DNA of 64,000 nt, taken from Octopus vulgaris. Lineage: Eukaryota. This document shows, piece after piece, positions 1 through 12,575 of the stretch. The notes under the pieces are model-generated. The model was not told the DNA's origin and searched no databases. It worked only from the letters and a program-made list of their open reading frames with translations. Position numbers and translations under genes: made by a program. Position 1 is the first letter of the stretch. Each line of letters starts with the position of its first letter. Where the stretch lies: assembly GCA_951406725.2 (NCBI GenBank), contig OX597832.1:2170001-2234000 (forward strand), read 5' to 3'.

Positions 1-69
1 AGCTACTCCACTTTTATTACATTTTCCAATTCCATGTCGGCCATGAAATGTAGTCATTTATCTGTTTAT

Positions 70-1105
70 TTATCATATATATGCGCTTCTGCCATTTAGG
101 TCCATCGAACGACTTTCGTAATCTCCTGTTTCAGCACACGCGCCTTAGCAGAGACAACGTTTCATTCATATTTTAAGTCAAAGAAATCGTCAAGGGGCAT
201 TCTCGCTGCTTGCCATGTCGTTTGTTATGTTCCTTTTATTAGAACCTCTTCTAAACGGCTAACTAATACATTCTCTACTTTGGTGCTTTCTGTAATCGTT
301 TCTTTATTGGAGCTAAACGATGCCATTCTGATTTTTCTCTTCAGCATGACCTTCCACCTGTTGATGGTAATGGCTCTCATCAACAAATCTGGTCCCTGAA
401 ATCTATCAGCACTGGAAATGATGCGTTCATCTTCCAGTTGCTGGGTCCCGGTTTACTGGTCTCTTCTAAGCTGACTGCAGTCAGTTTTCAGAGATTTAAA
501 ACAACTTACACTAATCCTATTTGATAGCCTAACAAAAATTTCATCTAAATACAAACTTGATAACCCGCTGCAATTGGAAAATCAAAGTGAAACATATCAG
601 ACATTTGGAAGTAGCTGAGGTTAGCAAGACTTGTGTACCTGTTTCTGTCGGCTACATCCATACACGACTTGCATGCGTCCAAAATGCCATTCGTGTTACC
701 CACTAACACTAATGGGCGAGATGTTCCTATGAATAATCTCTGCACATCTAAAGAAATGTGCTGTGTCTGCCTCAGTCAGGGCGTAAACAGTCAGAATTCT
801 GAGGGGCCCCACTGTCGCCTATAACTGCTACTTTCGTCCAGGGCAACCGATTTACCAGGAAAATTGTATTTACCTCTAGGTTCAAGTATTTTCGAAACAG
901 TTCTACAAGGCCTCTCGATCTAGATCAACAGAAAGAGACGTAAGCCTCATAGTCGTTCAGAAGAAGTAGTTTCATCCCGAAAATCCTGACCTTGCTAATA
1001 GCAAACTAGCTAGCACACTCAAGCATAGCGATGTGAAATCATTGAGCAGGCGTCCCTGCGTTCATACCGTCTGAAGCCGCTCATATTTATACTGCCAACT
1101 TTCAC
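70..1105 (-). pseudogene. Decayed Tx1/L1-clade LINE ORF2: APE endonuclease plus linker
   Basis: Manual minus-strand translation across frameshifts gives motifs in APE order: VKVGSINMSG (~INVRGL), QGRLLNDF, AISKVR (~AISETR), RPLVLVGNTNGILDA (~GDFNAILD; ORF 545-745), KPGPSNWKMNASF (~GPGYWKLN), then the NRWKVMLKRKIR and VVSAKARVLKQE linker. Confidence 0.7.
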
Positions 1106-2429
1106 AAAGGCAATTTAAATAGGAGGAGAAGAAAACAAATCAATAGGAGAGAAGGTCAATTATCCTGATCTTGTTTTGGGGGACTTTTGAAAAGATCCTC
1201 CACAAAATCCTGTTGTCTAAAATATTTTTAAGGTTTTCCACATCATCTTAGGAAAATGATACATTTCTGGTGTGGTTTCCAACAAAATACTCCCTATTCA
1301 CGATCTTGTGGCTTTCGCCTAAGTTAAAAATTGTTCTATATTTGAGTGCACATTCTCCATTTGTTCCGCTTTCTCCTTTCAGAAATTCACTGGTGAGTCA
1401 TTGTTGTTGCAGTGTTTGTAGTTTTTATCAACTCTTGTTGCTACTATTGTTATTGTTTCTGCCCTTGTTGCTGCTGCTCTTGATGTAGATGCAGTTACCA
1501 TCATTGGTGATGGTAGTCTCACATATATCAAGACTTGCAAAAACAAAAAGATAATATTTTCAGAAGACTTCGCGAAATAGTTACAAAATCTATAGCATTC
1601 TAACGTAAATTCAACACTTTTTCTCCTTCCATCATTATACTGTATCCTATCTGCCATTTGCATATGGCTACTTTATTTCAAAGCTTCATCTATGTCTCTA
1701 CTTCTTGACAATATGCAGTATTTATCTTATATAATCAACTGCAAGAAGCATTAAGCCCTTCATACTGAGAATCGTTGCTCGGTGGATCTCTTCGCGTCCA
1801 TTTTCATCAGTAATTGTAAGTAAATTCCACGTTAATTATAACCATCCCATTTATTTTCATTATTTTGTACCCAAAGCGATTCAGAGAATAAATCAGATAG
1901 ATAATAAACTAACTTTTGGTCTACTTTATAGAGCAGAGGTTCGCGACATTTTTTTTTATCTAAACATGGCGTTGGTGTAAGCAGTAACAAAGTAAAATAC
2001 TGTTACAACTTTATTATAAATAAATAACAACCACAACATTTTCGCTTCGTTAGAATTGGATATTAGACATCTTTAACTTAGGTTACAATATTGTCAGTAT
2101 AGTATGCATTGTAAAGATATTGAACATTTATAAGGATAAGTACAAGAACACTCTCAAAACTTTATATAGTGTAATTAAATCACTTAAAGTGTGGCAGTGA
2201 CTCGCTGATAACAACCACCATTTCAAATGATTGGCAAAATGTAAACTGTCAAACATTAAACAGTTCGTAAAATTCTATAGTGGAATTTTAATCAATACTA
2301 ATTAGTCTTGCTTGTCGTTCATAACATTTGATTAGGTTGAAAACTCAGGTAGCACTCTATAACAATGCACTAATCTGTCCTAAATATATGTAATTTCTAC
2401 ACACCTACAGTAAAATCGTTTGTCTTCGG

Positions 2430-2880
2430 TATTATCATTATCATCTGAGTGTCTTTCTTTATCATCATCATCTTCATCGTGCCATCGTCGACGTAGTGAC
2501 TATCATCATCGTCATAGTCATCGTTTACATCATCATTATCATCACCATCATCAGTATCATTGGTGTCATGCTACTACCATCAATATCATTTTCTTCATCT
2601 TCAGTGCTATCTTTTTCACTACAAATTAACATCATCAGCGTTGTTACCCTAATCATTGTCATCGTTTTTGTTCCTATACGTTTCACTTCATTCTTACCAC
2701 AATTATCGACCCCAAAACCATCATTGTCATCCTTCACGAAAGCCGCTTCCTCTTTTCAATCAACACTCCCATCGTCATTATGATAATCACAAATTATGTT
2801 AACATCATTATTAAAACCATCATTATCGCCGTCGTCAATATCATCACAATAGTCACCGTCGAAAATATTATCATCAAAGT
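2430..2880. repeat. Degenerate (CAT/ATC)n low-complexity tract
   Basis: Interrupted ATC/CAT trinucleotide runs; these explain the His/Ser/Ile-rich ORFs here. Confidence 0.85.
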
Positions 2881-2994
2881 CACTGCCTAAGTTGTCCTTA
2901 TCCAATATTATAAATATTGTGTACCATATTCGTGTCTTTTGGCTTCCATCCTTTTCCACCATAAAAGTGGAAAAGGACTGAAAATAATGGCATA

Positions 2995-3913
2995 CGAGGT
3001 GGTATCAAAAGGTTCCCGGTCTAGTTCTCTAGCACACCAACAGATGACAGCTCACGGTTGCGTGCGCAGTGAGAGCTAGCAGTGACCTTCATGCAGCAGT
3101 GTGCCGAGTGACATCGCTGTGCTTGCTTTGCAAGTTGTGAAATTTGTGTTTTTGCGATCACATGAATACTATAGTCTGCGATTTTGTCATGGACAGGAAC
3201 AAAGAGCTAAAATGAAATTTTGCGTTAAACTTGAGAAGTCTGCTACAGAGACATTGAACATGCTTTGGCAAGCTTACGGCGACGAGACAAAGGGTCGTAT
3301 GCAATGTTTCGAATGGCACGAGTGCTTTAAAAGTAGAAGAACGTCCCTGGAAGACGATGAACGATCTGGATGACCTCCCACGATCGTCAACCCCGGAAAT
3401 ATGGTATTGTGAATCGAGAATTCATTCCCCAGAGTCAGGCTGTCAATCGAAAGTTCTACAACGATGCTGTTTTGAAGCATTTGAGGGAGAGCATTTAGCG
3501 AAAGTGACCGGATCTGTGGCGCGCGAAGAATTGAATTCTTCACGACGACAATGCACCCTGTCACCGAGCACCCTTCACACGTGAATTTCTAGCCAAAAAC
3601 ATGGTATTGCTCCGCACACACTCTATTCGCTAGACTTAGCTCCTGCACACTTCCATCTCTTCCCCAAGATGAAAATACAGCTCAAAGGTCGCCGTTTTAA
3701 CACTGTTGTCGAGATCCTGAGCAAATCGCAGAAGGTCCTCGATTCGCATACGGAAAACGAGTTCCAGGCCGGATTCCAAAAGTGGCAGGAACGCTAGGAC
3801 CGGTGTATTGCTACGCCAGGTGACTATTTCGAAGGAGATGACATTAAAGCTTAGATAAATAAGTTATTTTTTATTCAACATAACCAGTCCTGGAACTTTT
3901 TGATACCACCTCG
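2995..3913 (+). mobile_element. Mariner element, internally deleted, with both TIRs and TA TSD
   Basis: TA|CGAGGTGGTATCAAAAGGTTCCCGGTCTAGTT ... AACCAGTCCTGGAACTTTTTGATACCACCTCG|TA (32-bp TIR, 4 mismatches). N-terminal HTH MKFCVKLEKSATET...EDDERSG is joined directly to the catalytic half (LHDDNAPCH, YSLDLAP, LKGRRF, GDYFEG). Confidence 0.93.
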
Positions 3914-4822
3914 TACATGGTTTTCATAAATCTATTAGAATTGATACCTGAACTATACGCGAAATACGACGGAGGACATTTGATTTATCTGGGTTACATT
4001 CAAGGATGTTGATTTAAATCAATGCATAAATATAATCCTTTTCTTTTAGTGAGCAAACATTAAATATTGATGGACTAACATGATTCCCCAAACAGGGAAG
4101 TTCTGCCTTATAAAGTCAGTAGCTGCGAACATAATTACAGGCAAACATTTTAAACGATAAGGTTCCGTACCTGACAGTTCTGTCGTAATAAAGATTAAAT
4201 GGCCAATCGAGTAATACATCAGACTACCACTTCGTAAATCGTGAGTTGATACGTATCTTAGCAAGACACTAAATAATAAATTAAAGCTAAGTTCTGCTGA
4301 AGCATAAAATACTAGGTTTCATTGGAAAAGTTAAATACGACTAAGTGTTGTCCTATTGAAGATGAAGGTCGTCTTTCATTTATTTTTCACTATATAAAAT
4401 GGATATCAGCAACAGTCTAAAAATATTTTTGAATTGTGAGAGTATCTCAGAACATTATTGCACTAAATCACAGCAATGTTCCTACAATCAGATGTTTACG
4501 AGGAAATTTAAACATACTCGATTTCAGACAGACCTCCTACAGTTATTTTTTTCCGATGTGCAAGTATCGCCTGAGAATGATATGACGTCATTGCAAAATA
4601 TTGCTTCAATTTTAAGCTTCTCCAGAACAATAATTCTCTTGAGCCATAATTAACTTTTCTGTATTCTAATTTTTCTACTACTCTCTGTTAATCGATAAAC
4701 ATAGAAAGAAACAGCATCTGTTTGTCACTTTAGTTTATTGGGCCATTTCAGGTAATTGTGAACTTGCTCTCTGATTCTATAACCGTTTCTCTACCTCGTT
4801 TACGCTGGCTATCAATCTCTTT

Positions 4823-5050
4823 AGATCATCATCATCATTATTATTATCATCATCATCATCAACATCATCATCATCATTATCATCATTATCATTCAACATC
4901 GCACAAATGTGATAAACTGACAAAGTTATATCGTCGGATACATTATCTTGCTGTTTTCTATGCCTCAAGTTCAAATCCAGCCGAAGTCAACTTTACTTCT
5001 CATCCTTTCAGGGTTAATAAGCGAATTGCAAGTCAAGTGCTGATGTAGTT
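4823..5050 (+). mobile_element. (CAT)n tract followed by a degenerate SINE remnant
   Basis: GTTCAAATCCAGCCGAAGTCAACTTTAC...CATCCTTTCAGGG matches the SINE family at 34999-35232. Confidence 0.55.
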
Positions 5051-5199
5051 CTCTCTCGTTACGTGTGTTACACCTTAAATGTTTCTACAAAAGAATGGTG
5101 TATGCTAATGCCAAGTAATACTCGTTTGCGAGTGACGGTTTTATATTATCTTTATAACGACTAATTTGGGAAACAAATCTGAAATATCCTTCCTTCGTT

Positions 5200-6630
5200 T
5201 TTAACTTGTTGAGTCTGGTGGAAAGAACAGAGTACATGACCTTAGAATTTGTGAGATCGATGGTGTTAATGTTCATGCAGAAAATATATAAGTGAGGAGG
5301 AGATTCTGAGGGGACGATGTACTGAGGTGACGGATTGGGAATAGTGGATGGTGCAGGTAAATGAGAAGTTAGACACACCAAGGATATTGAGAGGCGGAGA
5401 GATGAGTAGGTATGGGGTGCCTGATCAATGGAGGCACGAAACCAGCTAGCTTTGAGGAGCATAGGCCATCTTAGTAGTGATAGAAAACCAAAGAGAGAGA
5501 GGAGGAGGCTGCATACACATATGTGGCCAATAGTGATGGCGTGCGAAGCAGAAGAACCGTCCCCGATTTGGGCACAATATTCCATTGTGTACCTCACTTG
5601 AAACTTGTAGAGTATCATCAGCTGTTGTGGGCTGAAATATTCTCTAGGACTAAAGAAGCAACCCCTCTTACCTAGCCAACTATCATCCCATTACTCTCAC
5701 TTCTAACATATCCAAGATAATGTGAAGCGACCTCCTCTCCTATGTTGCGCAGCAGTTGGTCTCTCACTTTAGACGAAAACAATGCTGTAATTCTAGACAT
5801 CAGCAAAGCCTTCCATCAGATCACACATGCCAACTTCCTTTCAAAGCTGCTAGGTGATGTGTTTCGCTCATCCCTCATCTCTTGGATCAGCTGCTTCCTA
5901 TCAGATCGCTCCGATGCAGTCTTAGCTATGCTAGCGATGAGCTTCCACCCGAAGAGATCCTGATAATAAAACCCAGCATTTGAAATGGTTGTAGAGGCTC
6001 TTGCTGAGTACAACTCATATTTAGAGAGGGTATCAGGCGTGGTGTTTTCTTGATATGAGTAGTACTTGAAGTTTCTTTTTTAACTGCCAAAGGAGAAAAT
6101 GTTTGCATGGCTAGACTAGAGGGTGCTATCAAAGTCTCTGATTAGAGATCCAGTGCAGATTTGACGTCTGTTGTTTACGTTTGCGTGTGGGTGATGCATG
6201 AATAAGGAAAGTGCCATCTGTATAAGAGTGGATGTAATTGGATGTGGCAGGAAGTAGGTCATTAATGTATAGAAGGAAGAGACTGGGAAATAGAAACGAA
6301 ATCTGGAAAACACCAGAGCTGTTAGAGAACGGGGTAGAAAGACTTCCACCAATACATGTCTTAATGGTGCGATCTGATAGGAAGCAATTGGTCCAAGAGA
6401 TGAGAGATGGGCGAATCACGTTAATTAGCAGTTTAGAAAGGAAGTTTGTATGTGTGACCCGATAGAAGGCTTTGCTAATGTCAAGAGCCACAACACTGCT
6501 TTCACCAAACCTCTCTGAAATGAGAGAGCAACTGTTGCATGACATGGGAGGGTAGGTCGCTCACATTATCTTGTTAGAGTTGTTAGATGTGAGAGCAATG
6601 GAATGATAGTTGGCTAGGTCGGAGAGATTG
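5200..6630 (-). mobile_element. CR1/L2/Jockey-group LINE reverse transcriptase relic with an internal inverted copy of its own 5' part
   Basis: Motifs VVALDISKAF, SGVFQISFLFPSLFLLYINDL, IHSYTD (YADD), IASIAKTAS and QQLMILYKFQVRYTMEYC. A plus-strand copy (VILDISKAF...FLSDR) lies at 5670-5912. Confidence 0.85.
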
Positions 6631-7859
6631 CATGCTTTTTTTTTCTTTTGAATGGGACACACTGAAACATGCTTCCAAATATCAAGGTTTATCTCCATAG
6701 CGATTAAAGGGTTTGGTGAGTATAAGGATAAGTTCTGGGACGTAATTGTTCAAGTGCAATGGAAGAGACAGTAACACAGCCGGTGGCTTTGTTTATTTGA
6801 AACAACTGAAAGTATTTCTGCCTTGACGTGTGCTGTACGAGATGAAGTGCGAATTGGAGTGGAAAGGGGAAAAGTACTAAAAAAGTGGGATGAGAAAAAA
6901 TACACAGAATCAAGTAAAGGAAAATTGATATGCATAATAAAGTAACTTGTGAGGAATAACCTTATGTGTAACGAAATGATAAAGCATTACACCGAATAAC
7001 GGGGAAAACAACTAAAAATGTCAGAAAAACAAAAGACAAAAATCAAGATAGATTTCCAAAATATTCTTTTTAATGTTAGAAAAACTACAGAGTGGCCAGT
7101 AGCTCATAAGATAGAAAAACTACGAAGCCGAAGTATGTCAGAGTAAAGCCTAACAAGGACTCAGAAGCTCAAGGGTAAAAGTAGAAGCATAAAGTTTAAA
7201 GTAGTTGCAGAGAACAGTGCTTAGCTACAAGCAACTAAAAAATTAAATAACGAAGCAAAGTAAATGCATTAAATGCAGACTATGCATTCAGTACAGTGGG
7301 ACGGTTGACCATATCATCTTTGGCTCGAATGCATACAGAGCAAACTTTCATATCGTCACGATGTACGACAATAAGTGAACTGTGTCGATAGTATGTATTT
7401 TGTAATGTCCTACTTCTCAGTTTTATTTTTATTTCTATCAATGTGGATGGACAAGTCCAGAATATACTATGTGACATCGTTGTTGTCAGTGACTGTGTTT
7501 GACTGTATCACTTCTAATTCCAGAGCCTTGAGGAAAAGGGTTTTAGTAGACAGTTTCCAGCCCAAAATCTACAAAAGATAGAATTATCAATTTTAGCGAG
7601 ATTATAAGCAATGAAATTATTCACTTCACGTCTTACGTGTCAAGAATGTTTTAGCCTCGCCTAAGGATCAATCAATAGTCCTTGATTAGATAATTCATAA
7701 TCTATTTCAAACCACTTTTCTGACTTGCTTCGGGGTCGTTTGTCTGGATTGGCTCTGTAGCACAACATTTTAAACATTATCCTGTTCAGACTGATATCTA
7801 AAGGAAGTATAATTCTAAGTAAGATCCTCTCACTTCATATACTTGTTGTGGAGAGATGA

Positions 7860-8851
7860 ATTGTTCTGGTGCAGGTGTTACCGACCCGAGTAGAAGAGTT
7901 CTGGCCTTTTGCAACCAAATCTCTTCCTGAACTCCCTCAAGACCTCCACAAAGTACTTTTTGTTGACCGCCTGATCAGAGGTAACCCAGTAGATATAGAA
8001 TGTAGATGCCTTTATTGTCGAGAAAGGGGATCATCATGAGCTTTCCGCTTGACTTAACTTGTTTTGTCTGACCTTTTTTGGTTTGGGGGAGCCAGGATGC
8101 TTCCATTGAGCAATCTGTCTCTTGGTCTCTGGATTATAACAGTAGATCCAGCTTTCTTCACAGATCACCAGAGACTCAAGTACTCTTGGACTGAAGGTAA
8201 TGAGTTCAACCATATCCTTGCTGTCACCAACGCGTCTTTCCTTCTCTTCGTCACTGAACACTCTGGGAACAACTTTGCACATATTTTGCACATGCTTAGA
8301 TTTTCATGAATAATTCTGTGCACAGTTGCCACACCATATCTAAACTGTATTTTTATAATCTTTATAGACACACGACAGCGTTCATCTAGAAATTGCGAAT
8401 TTTCTCAGCCAGCTCTGACGTTCTGGCGTCCTTCTCCCTCCCAATCCGCTCATCCTCTCTGCCGTTCTTGCACCTTTTGTCCCATCGAAAAGCAGATGCT
8501 CGGCTCATACAAGTTAATCCATAAGCACCTTGGAGCATTTCATAAGTTTCTGTACCGTTTTTGCCCAGTTTAACACAAAAATTTTTTGCCTAGTGAGCCT
8601 CCAAATTATCTTCTTGTCCCGACTGCATTCTACAAAACATTGCTTGTCACAGCTGACAAGCTGTGACAAGCAATGTTTTGTAGGGTATGTTCGAAGTGCA
8701 CCTACAGCAGTCTCCTTCAATCTAGAATAACAAAGGTTGGCAGGTCAGCTTATTAGATTATAGTAATGATATACTAAACTCTTAATAACCTAGAATAGTT
8801 ATAACTGCATCTCCTCAAAAAAATACCTCAAAACTTCTGGAATGTACTTCG
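7860..8851 (-). mobile_element. Mariner transposase relic, 3'-truncated
   Basis: 5' TIR-like end TA|CGAAGTACATTCCAGAAGTTTTGAGG. Motifs ATVHRIIHENLSM, KVVPRVFS (WVPR), VICEESWIYCYNPETKRQ..WKHPGSPKPKK and VNKKYFVEVL. The relic ends near HQNN; no left TIR found. Confidence 0.88.
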
Positions 8852-9731
8852 TAAATCTAAATATTTCGTTAACATCAAACAAGTGAAATATGAGATCTTT
8901 CTGGCTTTAAAATACTTAATTTCCAGCAGATGAAAACTTTCCGATAATCTAAAATCCTCTTGCCAGGGGCACTTTTATGTAGGTGTATTTAATGATGACG
9001 TTCTTCGCAAATTGTTACAGACTTCTTAGTAGAAGTTTGGTATCACATAGAAGCATCATAAATTGTACCACACATCTCTAAATTAAAAGCAAATGTAACT
9101 GGAGACATCGTATAAATATTTTCGTGTGAAACCTCAAGTAACTTTCTATTGTTAAATAAAGACAAAGTGAAATTGTTTCGCAGAACTAATCAAAGAACAT
9201 ATTTCTCTGTCTAAACGTGCAAAGTTTTCATTCCTTAAGAGAGCAAATTAAAATAGAATGCTACAATATTCAACAGTCGGGTAAACTGTATTTATCGATA
9301 TTCGTGAGAATTATTCGATTCTGTTAAACCCAAAGCATGTATAACCAATTAGGCGACCAATTATATGGACGACACCTATGTTAAACTTCGAGAGAAATCA
9401 TTGCTTCAAGTTATTACAAAAATATCACCTTATTCTGAAGGATATTCAGTAAAGGCACAGAGCTATGCAAGCCGAGCAATAACAATTATTATACGTTTAC
9501 TAAGGTCAATCAGAAAATTACTTGCTTCATTTAATGTAAGTGAATATTGACTTTAGAAAAAATTATATTCATTGTTGTACATAGTTTGTTATATCGTAGT
9601 CTCTCAGAAAAGGATGCATTGAAGGTACTTTTCCTCGCCTTCTCCAGAAGAGTTTGAACCTAAAAATTTTAGCAACGATTGAAATGAGAATTCTGGCATT
9701 CATGCCTTTTTAAAAAGTATTAGAGATAATT

Positions 9732-10124
9732 TTTTTCTACTCTAGGCACAAGGCCCGAAATTTTTAATGAGTCGATTAGGTCGACCCCAGTACGCAACTG
9801 GTACTTACTTTATCAACCCCGAAAGGATGAAAGGCAAAGTCGACCTCGGCGGAATTTGAACTCAGAACGTAGCGGCAGACGAAATACCTATTTCTTTACT
9901 ACCCACAAGGGGCTAAACACAGAGAGGACAAACAAGGACAGACAAACGGATTAAGTCGATTATATCGACCCCAGTGCATAACTGGTACTTAATTTATCGA
10001 CCCCGAAAGGATGAAAGACAAAGTCGACTTCGGCGGAATTTGAACTCAGAACGTAACGGCAGACGAAATACGGCTAAGCATTTATCCCGGCGTGCTAAAG
10101 GTTTCTGCCAGCTCGCCGCCTTAA
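9732..10124 (-). mobile_element. Dimeric tRNA-derived SINE with 14-bp TSD
   Basis: Head GGCGGCGAGCTGGCAGAA with B-box GAGTTCAAATTCC. The core is repeated twice with different tails. TATTAGAGATAATT occurs at 9718-9731 and 10125-10138. Confidence 0.88.
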
Positions 10125-10139
10125 TATTAGAGATAATTG

Positions 10140-10415
10140 TGAAGACGTGGAGCCTAGTGGTTGGGGTGCTGCCCTCATTATTGCCAGATCGTGGATTCGA
10201 TTCCCGAACTAGGCGGCGCAAAACCCTTCATTTCACGTTGCCCCAGCCCATCAGGTGTAAATGGGTAGCCTTCAGATGGAATAGTCTTCCGATCGGGGTG
10301 GGGGCAGCTCGCCTTAGCCAGCGAGATGGCATGATTCGAAGGCTAAAACAATGCGAAGCTCATTGTGACCAGCGATGTCTATCACCATCCGATAGTCTGG
10401 TCAATACCGTGATAA
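10140..10415 (+). mobile_element. tRNA-derived SINE, degenerate
   Basis: A-box-like TAGTGG, B-box GGATTCGATTCCC, and core CTTCATTTCACGTTGCCCCAG shared with 27683-27935. Confidence 0.7.
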
Positions 10416-10511
10416 TTATACTGGTGGTAAATGAAGAGAAATTGCTACAAGTTGAAAACATAATTAGCAGGTTACTTTCAATGAACACACACTTCCAAAC
10501 ATTTTTTAAAA

Positions 10512-10559
<48 letters not shown>

Positions 10560-12249
10560 TGTATATTATTTTATCCTTTTTGATTGGAATATCAACTTCC
10601 CTTCTCAAACTAGCAAAAGCTATTCTGGTTTAGTTTTAGAGCCTAATCGTTTCTTCCAAATTCAAAAAAAACAGGTAGAATATCCTCTAAAACATTATAT
10701 GACTTCAACTGTTTCCGCATTTCCCTATTTGGTTTTCTAAATTCTGAGTAAATCTATATTGAAAACACTGAAAATGTTATTTTTATTTTGTTCAGTTATC
10801 ATGTGGAGTCTCGATTAATTGCCCATTCATAATGTTTATCATAATACTGTTTTGGAGAGAACTCTGCCGAGGAAAGAATTAGATCTCGGCAAACTGAGAC
10901 CGCTACGCAGTTTCATTTAGGGTGAAGTCATTTCACTTTATTTAGACTTTTTAATACACTTGTGAAAGGCTTCCTGTTACGCTCCCCTTTACAATATAGG
11001 GTTTTGTATCTAGCTAAAAGAAGCCAATGTGAGATTTAATATCTCTCTATGTCTGTTTTGATACTGCTAGGTGGTGTATAAAATACGGAGCGCTACACGG
11101 TTCAGTGATTACTTCAGAATTAAGCAAATCTCCACATAGTTATGATAAAGATTTTGATATTGGCAGTATAAGTGAAATGAGAAGCATACAATCGAAACCG
11201 ATTCAATCATTCCAATATAAATAGCTGTAATTAATATAGTATAATGAATCATTTTAATGTTGGTGCCATAACGAAACAACAGAGCTTCTGAAAATTTGTT
11301 CGGTCTGCTTCATCCAACAAACAGCTCACTCTAAAATTGTCAGTGTGTTCCAAGTGAACAATCCTTACTTGCAATAAGTCTATTCCAGAAGTACAAACCA
11401 GGAGTGTTTTAAAACAACTGTAATATTATATCGCTGATAACACGAATTGTATACCAGACTTATATCATTAACATCTTTGGTAATTTGGAGAGTTGGGTCC
11501 TAGAGAGTTACCAGTCACCACTGACTTCTATTCGTGACCAAATTTCGAGGGTCAAATTCACTTAGCTCTCTGCAAGTTCACTGCTGTAAGCTGAAGCACT
11601 GTAGCATTGACAAATATGTTATTAGATCCCTGTGTTTACTTTAAGTGCCATATTAACGAAGAAAGATCAACGATTCCGATTTATTCTCTATCTTAACGAC
11701 TGTATGAAGATTGGGGTCCAGAAGACATACAGTGTATGAAGTGCTAACCATTACCTTGAAAATCAATGGAGTAAGAAAGTTTATTGATAAAGATTTCTTG
11801 TGAATGTTATGAAAAATTGTTAAGGCAATGTGCCTTAACGGCTTAAATGTTTGTTACAGCCTACCTATGGGTTCTGTTTCTTGATAGAGACAAAACATTC
11901 TTTATAGACCAATCCACCTAGATGTAAACAGATAACATTTTAGCTTATGTCTCTCCAGTGTATCAGTTTTTTTGTTTTCTTGCTGTGCTGAATTCAAGCA
12001 CTTTGATAAGTTTACAATGAACAAATGCTGTAACAAGAAACTGAAATGTGCACTATTGTTTATCGCCGTCAATACTGGGATGAATGTACTGCAGCGTACT
12101 CCAATAGCAATGATACACAACGTCAAATATTTTCTATGTATATTCATATCAAAATATTACATTCATCAAAAGTAAAAAGCGTGTTGATCATAAATTGAAA
12201 TTAATTCCTTGCTTAGATACATTACCAATATTTTTAGGGAAAATAATGG

Positions 12250-12575
12250 ACCCCCTTCGGTCATGAATGACCTTGAGATTGCACCTGGAAGTTTCCTTCC
12301 GAAGCACAAGTCCGGACAAGATTGTTATGGAAGACCAGCAGTCGCCCATGCATATCAGCCTCCCCTCTCCACGTCACTGATGTTATCCGAGGGAAAGGCA
12401 AAGGCCGACACAACTTGGCACCAGTGACGTCGCAACTCATTTCTGCAGTTGAGTGAACTGAAGCACCGTGGAATAAAGTATCTAGCTCAAGAACACAACA
12501 CAGCCGAGTCTGAGAATCGCACTATCTCATGATTTGGATCCCGACGCTCTAACCACTGAGATATGCGCCTTCACT
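12250..12575 (-). mobile_element. tRNA-derived SINE (same family as 27240-27578)
   Basis: Reverse complement aligns end to end with 27240-27578 (GTGAAGGCGCAT...ATGACCGAAGGGGG). Confidence 0.85.

Noticed and set aside
2949-2977. 11-bp hairpin TCCTTTTCCAC/GTGGAAAAGGA resembling a terminator
   Set aside because: Eukaryotic DNA with no U tract; short enough to be incidental.
9974-10633. 219-aa ORF
   Set aside because: Runs across two SINEs and a (CT)n tract; a chance open frame.
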